From a virus, in IMG/VR virus record IMGVR_UViG_3300045988_182790: a DNA stretch of 64,000 bases; one strand, given 5' to 3'. The first letter of the stretch is position 1. Every line of letters begins with the position of its first letter. Positions 9,109 to 19,479 of the stretch are shown here, one piece after another. A program made the translations under genes and the position numbers. Below the pieces are notes generated by a model that was not told where the DNA came from, did no database searches, and saw only the letters and a program-made list of their open reading frames with translations.

Positions 9109-10401
9109 TTATGCTGAAAATTCAATCAAATATTCAATTGTTGCCTGCTCTTCCCTATAAACGATAACTTCATCATTTACAAGGCGGCTCATTGAAGCTT
9201 TTTTTGAACTCATCGCCCACAGACAATCATGGTCTGGAACATTCTGCTCAAAATCAACTACGGTATTTGGCACATAATTGTTGTACTCTGTATCATTATA
9301 TACATCATACACCTTTCCAGTAGCGACTTTGAAAACAGCGAGATACCCTTTCGAACAATCTCCATGTGCCCAGTAAGAGCCGTATGAAGATGTATAACCA
9401 ATGGATTTTCTTGAGTATGGAGCAAAGTAAAGTCCATATCCAAACATCTTACCATGGATAGTTACACCATCTGGATTAAGATATAATCCATTAGTGATGA
9501 TTGACCACCAGTTAGGTGTTCCTGAACCATGAAATAGTCTTGTAACTCCATCACCATTAAGGTCAATTTTCCTGTTTTTACAGTATTCATTAAACCTTTC
9601 TTCTGTGGCAATGTTTTTAACTTTCCATGCTCTTAAGAACCTGCTTCTCTGGTCAGTCATCATTTCTTTAAGCATAGCAACCTCTTCGTCTGAACAAGAG
9701 GTCATTTCAATGCCATTTGTTTCAAGAATTGTCTTACCAGCCTCCTGTTTGTCAGAAGAACGAAGCATTGATTTTAAGAAATCAAGCAAATCCTGTTCCG
9801 CCTGAATAGTGTCACTAAACTGTTCTTTCGACAAACATTTATGCTTGTTCATATTCCTCATAACACGAGGTATAACAGTCCACAGTTCAAGCAGGTATCT
9901 GTTAAACTCTGGAACAGAAAGTTTATCTTTCTTATCCTGCAAGAGCTTAATGATTTCCTGAGCCTTCTGCAAATCTGCATCAGGAATATCAGTGATTTTT
10001 ACCGACGAGTACTGTTCTTCAATTACCTTATTGCAGGCATCAAGAAGAATCTGCACTATATCAGCAACATCTGGGTCATCAATAGGCTTTGTATTAGACG
10101 TAACAACCTCTTTTTCCTCAGCCTCTTCCGTTGCTACGACTTTGTAACCATGGTCAATCTGGCACCAAAAGGTATCATCCCATGTTTCTATAGGACATTT
10201 TCTCGCCTTAGGCGCTTTCCTACCATATTTGCGGCCAATATCACCGCTTATGAGCTGAAAGGTCTTTCCGTCTGAATCAGCCTTCATGGTGACTGTTTTG
10301 TTAACACCGTTCGTGGCATTAAACTTAACCAGCCTCATCTGGATATAGGTCTGGTTTGGAACAGCAATGACTGTTCCGTTTTCATCTTCGTACTGTTTCA
10401 T
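9109..10401 (-). CDS. PARP-like ADP-ribosyltransferase (WGR-like + helical + ART catalytic domain)
   Basis: C-terminal domain aligns with PARP1 catalytic motifs: LFHGSG (H-G-S), GKMFGYGLYFA (GxGxYFA), YSRKSIGY, and C-terminal NDEVIVY...IEYLIEF (compare PARP1 YNEYIVY...LKYLLKL with the catalytic Glu). Confidence 0.75.
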   Translation of the reverse strand: MKQYEDENGTVIAVPNQTYIQMRLVKFNATNGVNKTVTMKADSDGKTFQLISGDIGRKYGRKAPKARKCPIETWDDTFWCQIDHGYKVVATEEAEEKEVVTSNTKPIDDPDVADIVQILLDACNKVIEEQYSSVKITDIPDADLQKAQEIIKLLQDKKDKLSVPEFNRYLLELWTVIPRVMRNMNKHKCLSKEQFSDTIQAEQDLLDFLKSMLRSSDKQEAGKTILETNGIEMTSCSDEEVAMLKEMMTDQRSRFLRAWKVKNIATEERFNEYCKNRKIDLNGDGVTRLFHGSGTPNWWSIITNGLYLNPDGVTIHGKMFGYGLYFAPYSRKSIGYTSSYGSYWAHGDCSKGYLAVFKVATGKVYDVYNDTEYNNYVPNTVVDFEQNVPDHDCLWAMSSKKASMSRLVNDEVIVYREEQATIEYLIEFSA

Positions 10402-10442
10402 ATTTCTTCTCTCCTTTTAATACAAAAATTTGTTGTATAAGG

Positions 10443-10455
10443 AATATGAGATTTG
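10443..10455 (-). promoter_or_regulatory. class-A conserved upstream motif (example)
   Basis: CAAATCTCATATT on the gene strand about 40 nt before the ATG of the 9109-10401 gene. The same 10-13-mer recurs before more than 20 genes. Confidence 0.5.
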
Positions 10456-10505
10456 AGTACAAAAAAAAAGAGACACCGCTTAATGCGGTGTCTTTTTTGG
10501 TGTTA

Positions 10506-11567
10506 CTACAGAATTGTGACAATATCTCCTCTGTCGTAAGTCTTCTTACGAAGAAGAGTTTTTGTCTCGTAGCTCTCATTTGCCATAACATATGTCTCCT
10601 GAGAATTACGAATGTCACAATCGACAAGGTATGGGTAGCCTGCCAGTTCTGTAACAGCTGGAGCCTTTACCATCCTGTAGTTGTGTCCTCTGTTCTGGAA
10701 ATACAATGTATCACCAGCAAGGGCTACAACACTTCCGTCCTTGTCGAAAGTGATGCTGTCGGCAGGTGCCTTTGTGACAAAGCTGTATACTTCGTATCCA
10801 TCAGCATCCAAAATTGCCGTTGTGACATCATCCTTTGAAACAAGGATTCTGTTGTCGTAATCATCATAGCCGATGTAGTTTGTAGCGGTTGCTACAAGGA
10901 ACGACCTTGTTCCATTCTTCACTTCCTTAAGACTCTCAGGGTCAAAATTCATCGAACGGAACTGGATGTCACCATTCTCATATAAAGCCAGAGTGATGTC
11001 TTTTACAACATTTGCTGTGACTTTATTTCCGTCACCGTCAACAACATCTTCGCCGTCCTCATCAACAACAACCTCAGGGTCGATTGTGCGAAGAACCATT
11101 GCAAGTCTGTCGTCGGATAATGAAGTAACAGATACTCTACCAACTTCTCTCACAAGCTTTGTAAACTTGTCTGTAAGAGGCTTATAAGCAAACACCTCAA
11201 TGCGGTCATCCTTTGCATCTCTTGTCTTTGCTGACAGAATAATTTCGCCAGGCAATGTTGCAAGAATGTCAATGAACGACAGCTGGCCCTGCTCTGTTGC
11301 TGGCTCGCCACCACAAAGAAGCTCTCCATTGTAAATAGAGTAGCCAATTGGCTTATCCTGCTTGCCGTACTCGATGACGTCAAAGCAAGATTCTACAGAC
11401 TTGAGTGGAAGAACTACTTCGCTCTCTAAGTCGATGACCTCTTTGCCGTCAATGACATCGATTTTCTGGAGAGTTACCTCATCCTTGTCACTAACGTCTG
11501 CGACAAGCATAACCTCCTTTGTTATTTTGTTCAAAACTTTACTAGAAACTACGACTGTATTCTTCAT
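10506..11567 (-). CDS. hypothetical protein (353 aa)
   Basis: Intact ORF with class-A motif at 11610-11622. No motifs recognised. Sliding-clamp-like size but unsupported. Confidence 0.45.
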   Translation of the reverse strand: MKNTVVVSSKVLNKITKEVMLVADVSDKDEVTLQKIDVIDGKEVIDLESEVVLPLKSVESCFDVIEYGKQDKPIGYSIYNGELLCGGEPATEQGQLSFIDILATLPGEIILSAKTRDAKDDRIEVFAYKPLTDKFTKLVREVGRVSVTSLSDDRLAMVLRTIDPEVVVDEDGEDVVDGDGNKVTANVVKDITLALYENGDIQFRSMNFDPESLKEVKNGTRSFLVATATNYIGYDDYDNRILVSKDDVTTAILDADGYEVYSFVTKAPADSITFDKDGSVVALAGDTLYFQNRGHNYRMVKAPAVTELAGYPYLVDCDIRNSQETYVMANESYETKTLLRKKTYDRGDIVTIL

Positions 11568-11695
11568 ACGTCTTTCCTCCTTTTAAAAAATGTTTTATAG
11601 ATACATTACTAATATGAAATACGAAAATGCATTAACAAGACAAAATAAAAAGCGCCCACAGCCAAGGATATACCTTAGACATGAACGCTTTTCTT

Positions 11696-11812
11696 TTTTA
11701 CTTCTGAGACTGAGTTTCAGCAATCTGTTGACACTGCTGACACACCTCTGCAAGTGTCATTCCAGCTGGAACACCTTCGATAATATACTCCCCATTCTCA
11801 ATTCTTACTGAC
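11696..11812 (-). CDS. small ORF (38 aa) not in ORF track
   Basis: ATG preceded by GGGAGGAAAAAAAT and a class-A motif at 11868-11880. Sequence MSVRIENGEYIIEGVPAGMTLAEVCQQCQQIAETQSQK. Confidence 0.3.
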
Positions 11813-11878
11813 ATATTTTTTTCCTCCCTTTAAAAATGATTTTATTAATACATTTTTAATATGAGATTTGAAGGTGAA

Positions 11879-13972
11879 TTAACGAACATTAAACAAATAC
11901 TCGCAGAAAATCCGCCTGCAATCTACATATGACGGACAATATTTTCTTTTGTGGATAAATCTGGCCACTTTATTAATGATTTTGCAAATAGCATATTCGT
12001 TTGCATGGAGTAGTTTATTGATAAACTCGTCTCTGCAAACAATATGTCCATTACAAGAAAAGTATTCCCAGCCTTTTGTTGTGCGAAGCTTGTCATACAT
12101 AGTACGAACATGGTCAATTGCTGTCAGCATCTCCTTATCGTATGAGCATAGTTCAAAGTCATTGGTTAACTCAGCATAAATTTCATCTATATTCTTGGTT
12201 GGTGTAAATGTGTCAGGGTATTCTGTATCATTTTTTTCTAAAGATGCTTTCATTCCGCGTATAATGAACGAAAAATGTCCATTTGTTACAGCTTTTGCAA
12301 TGTGCATGATATCGAAATATGCAGCATTAACAGACGTATCTATCTCATATGCTTTTGCAATCTGATTTAAGGCTTTACACACCTTTTCCTGCATATCTGC
12401 ATCAGCATAATCATATATATACGTCTTCATTTGTTTCATATTGTTAGCTCTGTTTTCTGGCAGCATTGTACGAAGATACTCAAGAAATGACAAACCATAG
12501 CCATATTTATCTTCATCTACTACTGGACTGTTAGAAAAATCTTCTTCTATAATGTCAAAGTCTATGCCATCTACATTGAATGTTGTAGGTTCACTTGCTG
12601 TTTTATTTGGCAAGTTAGTTTCATTTACATCCACATAGCTTTTTTTGGCACTTTTTTTATTTTTTAAAAACAGCTCACTTTCATAAGCTGCATTCCAGTC
12701 GATTTCTGAGAAATCTTTGATACTTCCCTTTGTATGTCCACAATCGTATTTCTTGGCAATTCTTTTTACGGTTCTAAGTGGAACTTTTGTAAGAAGAACT
12801 ACCTCATTATATGTATCACACTTTAAGATTGCCTGAACAACTACTTTGTCCCTATCAATTCTTTCACTGACAACCTTTTTGTGTTTTGCTTCCTTGCTTT
12901 CTTTTGATTCAAAGAAAAACGCGAATGTCTCATCCTTAGACAAATCAAGTCTGTCAATAATATACTGATTTGTCATCTTATAAGCATAGTTTCCGTTCTT
13001 TGCACTTGCAATAATGCCTCTTATCTCGTTATTGCTGATGCTGTAATCGGCAAATCCGTTATTAAATTCCTCAAGGGCGATAATTGCATCTTCCAATGGC
13101 ATAACAAGAATTGCTGTATGGAAGAAAATAAAACACAATGTATGATGTTTTGTAGACCAGTTTGTCCTACTATCACGCAAAGCAATAAGGTTCTCCAGTC
13201 TCTTTACAGCAAATTCTTCTATTGATTTTTTATTATGCTTTTTTGTCTTCTTTCCAGCATAAACAAACCCACAAATATCAGCTATTTCCGTGAGTGTGTA
13301 TTTTGCATCCTTGTTAAGCTCCAAGAGTCTACAGTATGTATGGGCTTCATAATTGTATGTACCAGGCAGTCTACAAAGTCTTGTTCCGTCCAGAACGCTT
13401 TTATCAACATCGAGAGTATCTTTGTCTCTTAAGATGTTTGCAATCTTGTTAGCAAGCTTTTTGTAAATAGCCTTGAAAAATCTTATCTGTTTTTCAGTAT
13501 CGCCAAATCCAGCAATAGATTTTGGCATGACAAAATACAGACCAAGGCCCCTGCCACTGTCTGTAAGCATTGTATAATTACATATTTCGTTGTTACTTAT
13601 AGCTTCTTTCAGCAAAGCTATTGTATTTTTCTTTCTCTTGGCAATCTCTTCGTCAGAGCTATTATGCGCATCCAAGTCAATGAAAAATCCATTGTAGCAG
13701 AATATCTTGTTCGATAATCTTCTATTTCCTGCAAATCTGTTAACAGTAATGTATGTATTTCCATTGTTTTCTGCAGAAATAAGTTTTTTAGGAACGCATG
13801 ATGCCAGAGGTTTTACTGACGGCTGTTTGTCCTTAAAACTGCACTTAATAATGGAACCCATATGATGAGTGCCATGCAATGTTTCTATGAAGTTTTTCTG
13901 CTCATTAAACAAAACATCTATTTCCATGCGTCTTGTCCTTTCGTATTTATTAGAAATATGAATTATGTACAA
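11879..13972 (-). CDS. primase-polymerase (AEP/PrimPol) domain protein with C-terminal extension
   Basis: Motif I FFIDLDAHN (hhhDhD); motif II TDSGRGLGLYFV; motif III RLCRLPGTYN. True start probably the internal MEIDVLF (ATG at 13929), which carries RBS AAAGGACAAGACGC and a class-A motif. Confidence 0.65.
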   Translation of the reverse strand: MYIIHISNKYERTRRMEIDVLFNEQKNFIETLHGTHHMGSIIKCSFKDKQPSVKPLASCVPKKLISAENNGNTYITVNRFAGNRRLSNKIFCYNGFFIDLDAHNSSDEEIAKRKKNTIALLKEAISNNEICNYTMLTDSGRGLGLYFVMPKSIAGFGDTEKQIRFFKAIYKKLANKIANILRDKDTLDVDKSVLDGTRLCRLPGTYNYEAHTYCRLLELNKDAKYTLTEIADICGFVYAGKKTKKHNKKSIEEFAVKRLENLIALRDSRTNWSTKHHTLCFIFFHTAILVMPLEDAIIALEEFNNGFADYSISNNEIRGIIASAKNGNYAYKMTNQYIIDRLDLSKDETFAFFFESKESKEAKHKKVVSERIDRDKVVVQAILKCDTYNEVVLLTKVPLRTVKRIAKKYDCGHTKGSIKDFSEIDWNAAYESELFLKNKKSAKKSYVDVNETNLPNKTASEPTTFNVDGIDFDIIEEDFSNSPVVDEDKYGYGLSFLEYLRTMLPENRANNMKQMKTYIYDYADADMQEKVCKALNQIAKAYEIDTSVNAAYFDIMHIAKAVTNGHFSFIIRGMKASLEKNDTEYPDTFTPTKNIDEIYAELTNDFELCSYDKEMLTAIDHVRTMYDKLRTTKGWEYFSCNGHIVCRDEFINKLLHANEYAICKIINKVARFIHKRKYCPSYVDCRRIFCEYLFNVR

Positions 13973-14187
13973 AAAGGTTAATAATCCTTTTCACAATCAA
14001 ATTTCCCTACTGATATGGTGGGCATTTTGCAGGATTTGTTTTATAAAAAAAGCCAGTCAGCTTTTGCTGGCTGGTTGCAAAAATTCATTTCAATTTTTTG
14101 TTTTTTATGATATACTCTTGCCAAGGTATTTGCCTTATTATCTACTGATGGGTGGCTGTTTGTTGCCGAACAGTCATCCACCTTCAC

Positions 14188-15468
14188 TTAGAAATTGACA
14201 GGAATTATTCTGTATGTGAACAGATTGTCTAAAAAGTCTCCCACCTCAGATGCAATTGTTACACAAATTGTTCTTCCGATAAGATTTCCATAACCATCTT
14301 TTGCAAAACAAGCATTATGATTTTTGGCATAGCCTGTTTGAGATGCATCTATTACTGTTTCTATTTGCCAACTTAAAACGGGTAATTCTTTAAATGAACT
14401 GCTCCACGCAGCTTTGTAAACCGTTTGTTTGTCAGAAATAAAATTCAATACCCCTTCTGAAAAAGGATGTGTGTCACACGTCATATACAAATATCCATCC
14501 GCGTAACCAAAATCGGCATTGCTTATAAAATCATATGGTGTTGTAATTTCCACTTGTCCTAGATTTTGAATATTATTCAAATCTCTGCAATCTAAATATT
14601 GTGCGTATGTTGTTGTTTTTGCGGCTGTTCCGCTTGTATAAAAAAGATATACCATTCCATCATTTTTCAAATTCATTAGTGCTGGTTGTCCAACTCCCCA
14701 AAATCCATCATTTACGCAGGAAACAATTTTGCCAACTTTTGTCCAATTATATAAATCGTTTGATACGGCAAAGCCAATTTCATTGTTTGTGCAATCATTT
14801 GTTGCGCACCCAAGATATGCCATTAAATATGTATAAGAACTACCATTGAAAGCGAAATTTCCACTGATGACTGATGGGTCACATACCTGCGCACTATCCC
14901 ATGCACCAGAAGTTGTTGCTAGTACTTGAGTTCCGTTTAGGTATATACCGTCTTTCACTTCGCCCTTATTATTTTCGTTTGAACAATAAAGGATTGCTCC
15001 GTTCACATTTGTTGGGCAATATTGGTAGATTTGTGATTGTTCTCCTACAGAATTAGCATCTTCTTGCTTTGTGTCAGGTTTAGTGTTATCAGGAATTTTA
15101 GTCAGTTTTTCTGTTGTTTTTGTCAGTTTTTCTGTTGTTTCTGTCAGTCCTTCTGTTGTTTCAGTCAGTTCATTAATGTCATTATTCTTTTGTGGTTCAA
15201 GGTTTGCTTCTTTATTTTCAATATCAATTGTTTCAGTATCAATTGTTTCGGTGTCAATTGTTTCAGTATCAGTTGTTTTCTTGGGTATTATCGTTTCACA
15301 AATATTATCAGATTTGTTAGTTTTGTCTGTTTGTGTTACTATTTGTTCACCTATATCAGGCGAAACAGATTTGTTTGTGGTTTCTATTTGCTGTGTGTTT
15401 GGTACCTCACAGTGCATTCCAACCAATAATGCTAGAATTAAAACACTTTGTATTATTCTTTTTCTCAA
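14188..15468 (-). CDS. secreted beta-rich protein (glycoside-hydrolase/propeller-like) with tandem repeats
   Basis: Signal peptide MRKRIIQSVLILALLVG. In-frame tandem repeats TETID x3 and LTETTEKLTK x3. C-terminal W/Y/G-rich region. Catalytic family not identifiable by eye. Confidence 0.5.
   Translation of the reverse strand: MRKRIIQSVLILALLVGMHCEVPNTQQIETTNKSVSPDIGEQIVTQTDKTNKSDNICETIIPKKTTDTETIDTETIDTETIDIENKEANLEPQKNNDINELTETTEGLTETTEKLTKTTEKLTKIPDNTKPDTKQEDANSVGEQSQIYQYCPTNVNGAILYCSNENNKGEVKDGIYLNGTQVLATTSGAWDSAQVCDPSVISGNFAFNGSSYTYLMAYLGCATNDCTNNEIGFAVSNDLYNWTKVGKIVSCVNDGFWGVGQPALMNLKNDGMVYLFYTSGTAAKTTTYAQYLDCRDLNNIQNLGQVEITTPYDFISNADFGYADGYLYMTCDTHPFSEGVLNFISDKQTVYKAAWSSSFKELPVLSWQIETVIDASQTGYAKNHNACFAKDGYGNLIGRTICVTIASEVGDFLDNLFTYRIIPVNF
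15095..15300. repeat. in-frame tandem nucleotide repeats (21-nt and 15-nt units)
   Basis: gtcagtttttctgttgttttt-like units x3-4 and caattgtttcagtat units x4 inside the CDS. Confidence 0.7.
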
Positions 15469-15564
15469 TTTTCTAAGCCCTTTCTTTTTGCTCTTAGAAA
15501 TATGAAATAAAGAAAAGTAGTGTAATAAAAAAGCCCATTTATAAAAATGGACTTTTCTTTGTGT

Positions 15565-17583
15565 TTAATCAAAGAGTGATGCCTGAACAGCGCCTCTTAC
15601 GAGTCTGTCATACTCTTCTCTTTCAGCCTTCGTCATCGGACGAGACTTTGCCGTCATGTCGATGTTTTCATCATCTATAGCGGCGGCTTTTGCAGCGGCT
15701 CTCTTTTCTCTCGCTTTTGCATTACGAGCTAAACGTCTTTCCTCCTTACGGATTGCTTCCATAGGGTCATTTGGCACATAACTCTTCATGCTTGGGTCGA
15801 AGATTTCATACAACTCTTTGATGAACTGGTTATAAACCTTTCCATCAAATTCGTTCTGATAAAGAACATACTGTCCTGTAACGAAGAGTTTCTCTTTTGC
15901 TCTTGTCATAGATACAAACAAAAGTCTTCTCTTCTCTTCAACCTCATCCTGATGACGAGAATTATGAAGAATTTTACTGTCGTAACCAGAAATGGAGTTA
16001 ATGATAACTTTCCACTCAAGCCCCTTTGAAGAGTGAGCGGTTGTTAATGCAACTCCCTTGTACTTCATATCCATCTTAAGTTCAGTGTTTGCACCAAATC
16101 TTCTGAATTTCTGGATGAAGTCAAGTTCTGATACCAAATCTCCATTCTCGTATACCTGCTCAAGCCACTTAACATACAGTTCATCCTCCATATTAAGTGC
16201 TTCGAGATATTCATGGAAAATTTTCTGTTGCATACCGAGATTTAAGGAATCCATGTTTGAGAACTGACTTCTCATCTTATTGATTTCCTCGTTAATTTCA
16301 TCATCGGTAAGCTCTTCCAGAAGCTTTCCATCATATTTTGCCACTAAGTAGTTGAAGTATGACTGAGTTGCGTCGGCATCATAGAATGCATCCGCAAGAG
16401 AGATTGCAGCAGAAATTCTTGAGTTATCGATAAGCTTTACAGGAGCCATCATAACCCAGTCAATGCCAGCCTTTGACAGTGCGGCGGAAATTTTACCAAG
16501 TTCCTTCTTGGTCATTGCTATTACAGCAATGTCTTCTGGTTCATAACCCTCTTCAAGGAGCTTCTTAATCGTATTAACGATATAAGTCTGCTCATCTTCT
16601 TCATTGTAAAAGCCTCGGACTGAAGCACTTCCGCCTTTGCCCTTTGCCGCAACAAGAGTTTTATCAACCTTGTTTACATTGAGGGAAACCAACGCATTTG
16701 CTGGCTCTATGATTTCTTCGTAAGAGCGGTAATTTTCTGTCATGTAAAGTGATGTGACAGGCAATCCCATTTTCTCCTCGAATTTAATCATATTGTCAGG
16801 GTTTGCGTCTCTAAATCCATAAATTGACTGGTTATCGTCTCCAATAACCATAATGTCTTTAGGATTTGTTGCTGCAAGCCTACGTAGGAATTCCATCTGC
16901 ATATTTGACGAATCCTGAAATTCATCAACGACGATATGTTCAAATCCGTAAGAGGCAAGCTCTGTTGGAATCATATCGAGAACCTTTAACATTAAAGGCT
17001 CCTGGTCTGCAAATGTAATTAATCCATTTGCTTGTAGCAAGTCATTGTACTCCTGATACAAGTCAATGAGCATATCAACAGACTGATTGCTCATGTGCTT
17101 GTACAATCCTGCTGGGCGAAGCTGTTCGTCAATCAATTTCTGAGCCGCACCTGGTTCTGACAAATCAATGCCAGACTTTTTGATGAGCTTAAACGTTTTG
17201 ATTGCAATAGTCAGTGCCCCATACTGAGACTCAACCGCAACATTGTAATTAAGTCCATCAACCTTATCACGAGTAACCAAAGGTAAAATACCCATAGCCT
17301 CACGAGTCTGATTCGTGTCAACGACTGTAGGGACTTTCTGATAGCCAAGTTCTTTTGCATATTTCTTGACTATCTCCATCGCGAAAGCATTAAAGGTTAC
17401 AATCGGCATTTTATCAATGTCTATCTCGTAACCCTCTGACAGAAATGCTCCAGCAAGACGAGTTCTCATCTCGTTTGCAGCCGCGTCTGTAAATGTGATG
17501 AGCAAGAATTTCGATAAAATCTGCTCCAACCATGCAGTCTTCATTGCCTTTGTTGCTTCTCTTTTTTTATTGTTCTTTGCCAT
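15565..17583 (-). CDS. UvrD/PcrA-family helicase, C-terminal portion (motifs Ia-VI) lacking the P-loop
   Basis: Motif Ia ITFTDAAANEM; II VVDEFQDSS; III VIGDDNQSIYGFRDA; IV ENYRSYEEI; V TAHSSKGLEW; VI LLFVSMTRAKEKL. No GxGKT anywhere. Strong RBS plus class-A motif directly before its ATG. Confidence 0.8.
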   Translation of the reverse strand: MAKNNKKREATKAMKTAWLEQILSKFLLITFTDAAANEMRTRLAGAFLSEGYEIDIDKMPIVTFNAFAMEIVKKYAKELGYQKVPTVVDTNQTREAMGILPLVTRDKVDGLNYNVAVESQYGALTIAIKTFKLIKKSGIDLSEPGAAQKLIDEQLRPAGLYKHMSNQSVDMLIDLYQEYNDLLQANGLITFADQEPLMLKVLDMIPTELASYGFEHIVVDEFQDSSNMQMEFLRRLAATNPKDIMVIGDDNQSIYGFRDANPDNMIKFEEKMGLPVTSLYMTENYRSYEEIIEPANALVSLNVNKVDKTLVAAKGKGGSASVRGFYNEEDEQTYIVNTIKKLLEEGYEPEDIAVIAMTKKELGKISAALSKAGIDWVMMAPVKLIDNSRISAAISLADAFYDADATQSYFNYLVAKYDGKLLEELTDDEINEEINKMRSQFSNMDSLNLGMQQKIFHEYLEALNMEDELYVKWLEQVYENGDLVSELDFIQKFRRFGANTELKMDMKYKGVALTTAHSSKGLEWKVIINSISGYDSKILHNSRHQDEVEEKRRLLFVSMTRAKEKLFVTGQYVLYQNEFDGKVYNQFIKELYEIFDPSMKSYVPNDPMEAIRKEERRLARNAKAREKRAAAKAAAIDDENIDMTAKSRPMTKAEREEYDRLVRGAVQASLFD

Positions 17584-17683
17584 ATTCTTTTCCTCCTTTA
17601 ATATGTTTTTGTTTATATGACGATATAAATATGAAATTCAGACATAAAAATAAGGAGAGCTTATTACCCTCCTTATCGTTGTT

Positions 17684-17875
17684 CTAATCAGCAAGCATTT
17701 CTGCAACTTCTTTGCTAACACAAAGTACGTTATCAGAGATTGCTAAATTTCCTGTTCTGATTTTTGATTTTACATCTGTTTCTGAGATTTTATTTTCATT
17801 AAACAGAATAATAATGTCATCTTCGGGCTTCTTTTTTACCGCTACGGCCCTAAGGCGAGAATATGTTTTTGCCAT
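17684..17875 (-). CDS. hypothetical protein (63 aa)
   Basis: Small ORF inside the inserted segment. Begins MAK like several neighbouring genes. Confidence 0.3.
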   Translation of the reverse strand: MAKTYSRLRAVAVKKKPEDDIIILFNENKISETDVKSKIRTGNLAISDNVLCVSKEVAEMLAD

Positions 17876-17889
17876 AATATTTTTCCTTT

Positions 17890-19479
17890 CTACTCGTCTT
17901 CACCTACTGGTTTGCTTGTCTTATTTCCGAATAACTGTCTTGATGTGCTTGATGAAGCGTCATCAGCGTCAACAGCTTCATCGGTTTCATCGACTTCACT
18001 TTCTGCAGTCTCGGTTGTTTCGTCTGTTGTTTCATTCGTTGTTTCGCCTGTGATTTCTTCTGTGTTTTCTTCTGTTGTTTCATCTGATATCTCAGTTTCA
18101 TCTGTAACTTCTGGCACAGATTTTTCAACAATTTCCGTTATCATCCATGGATAATCCTCAGAAATTTCAAAATACGAGCCATCATCTTTTGTATAAACAA
18201 CACTATAAATTCCACCTTCAACAGGAATAACATCATATGTCGAATTATCTGGCAAGTAATATCTGATGTTTAAGAATTTTGTTGTGTCTACAACATTTGC
18301 TTCCATTTCATAGTAAACACCACTTGTTGTCTCGCTTGCGTATGATTTGGCTTCATTAAGATGCATGATTTTAATATCTTTGCTAAAAATGGTTAAATCG
18401 TCATCTGTTACAATGCCTTCTTCTAATTCACTCATGGCGTTGCTGCTCTCATCTGTTTCAGAAGCATGAATTAAAAATCCGTTTTCGTCAAACACATATC
18501 CAATCTTAGTTCCTTCTAGCTGACCATCTTTGTTATATGTGTAAATTGTTTCATTATAATAATCTGCATCCAGTTTTTCAGCTTCTTTTTCGGTTTTTAC
18601 ATTTGGCAAATATCTGTAGAAACCACCACCATTCATATTGTAATATCCGGCCGTAACATATTCAGGAATATTTAATTCCGCAATATGTTCTGTGATGAAA
18701 GTAAATGTGCCAAACATATATGTTTCAGCAGATGAAAAACAATGAATATTTGATGTTAAAACTGCATCAACTTTTTCTGTACCAGTTCTGATATCACATT
18801 GGTATTGCGTTAAAGGTTTTAAGTCCATAACAGTTCCCGATGGAGAAACATTTGCCGTCTCAACTTTTGTCCAGCCATCAGAATTATTGTTTTCTGCATT
18901 TTCTGTACTCTCTACCTGCTCAGTTTCTTGATTGTTGGTTAACTCTCTGAATGAAACAAAATAAATAGAGTCTGCATCCAGTGTATCAAATCCAATTGCA
19001 TCACTCGACGGCATTACATATCCACCTGATTCAGGGTCATATTTGTAATTTTTTGATATATCCTGCATTAATCCTGACACACCAAAACTGTAGCCATCAT
19101 CATAAAATTTTTCCAATGCATATTTTGTTGGGATAACAGTAGATGATTTATAAATCATCTTGTCACCTTCATAAAATGTTGGGATATAACCTTCATCAAT
19201 ATTGTAATTAACCCACGTAATTCTGTTTGGAAGTTCGCCTTTCGCAGAATCGTTTGCGTCTTCAAAAGTGTGGGGCGCCTGATATAATGGGTAGTATCTT
19301 GTCTCATTCTTTGTCTGATGTACTATGTAATAAGCATCATCTGGTAATTCTTCTTCTGAGACATAATAAGGCAACTCAATATCGTTTGGTGCGGTTTCGG
19401 CTGTTTGTGTTGTTCCGCATCCAGCAAAAGTGACTATTGTTGAAACACTCAGTAATAGAGCTAAAAGTTTTTTCTTCAT
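17890..19479 (-). CDS. lipoprotein with acidic T/E-rich C-terminal tail
   Basis: Lipobox LLSVSTIVTFAGC. C-terminal ETTEENTEEITGETTNETTDETTE low-complexity tail. Confidence 0.6.
   Translation of the reverse strand: MKKKLLALLLSVSTIVTFAGCGTTQTAETAPNDIELPYYVSEEELPDDAYYIVHQTKNETRYYPLYQAPHTFEDANDSAKGELPNRITWVNYNIDEGYIPTFYEGDKMIYKSSTVIPTKYALEKFYDDGYSFGVSGLMQDISKNYKYDPESGGYVMPSSDAIGFDTLDADSIYFVSFRELTNNQETEQVESTENAENNNSDGWTKVETANVSPSGTVMDLKPLTQYQCDIRTGTEKVDAVLTSNIHCFSSAETYMFGTFTFITEHIAELNIPEYVTAGYYNMNGGGFYRYLPNVKTEKEAEKLDADYYNETIYTYNKDGQLEGTKIGYVFDENGFLIHASETDESSNAMSELEEGIVTDDDLTIFSKDIKIMHLNEAKSYASETTSGVYYEMEANVVDTTKFLNIRYYLPDNSTYDVIPVEGGIYSVVYTKDDGSYFEISEDYPWMITEIVEKSVPEVTDETEISDETTEENTEEITGETTNETTDETTETAESEVDETDEAVDADDASSSTSRQLFGNKTSKPVGEDE

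Noticed and set aside
10506-11567. PARG or macrodomain partner for the PARP-like gene.
   Set aside because: No GGG-x6-8-QEE PARG signature and no macrodomain glycine-rich motifs could be found in this or the flanking ORFs.
15095-15300. Possible CRISPR array suggested by tandem repeats.
   Set aside because: The repeats are 15- and 21-nt in-frame coding repeats without unique spacers, inside a secreted-protein gene. No cas genes in the window.
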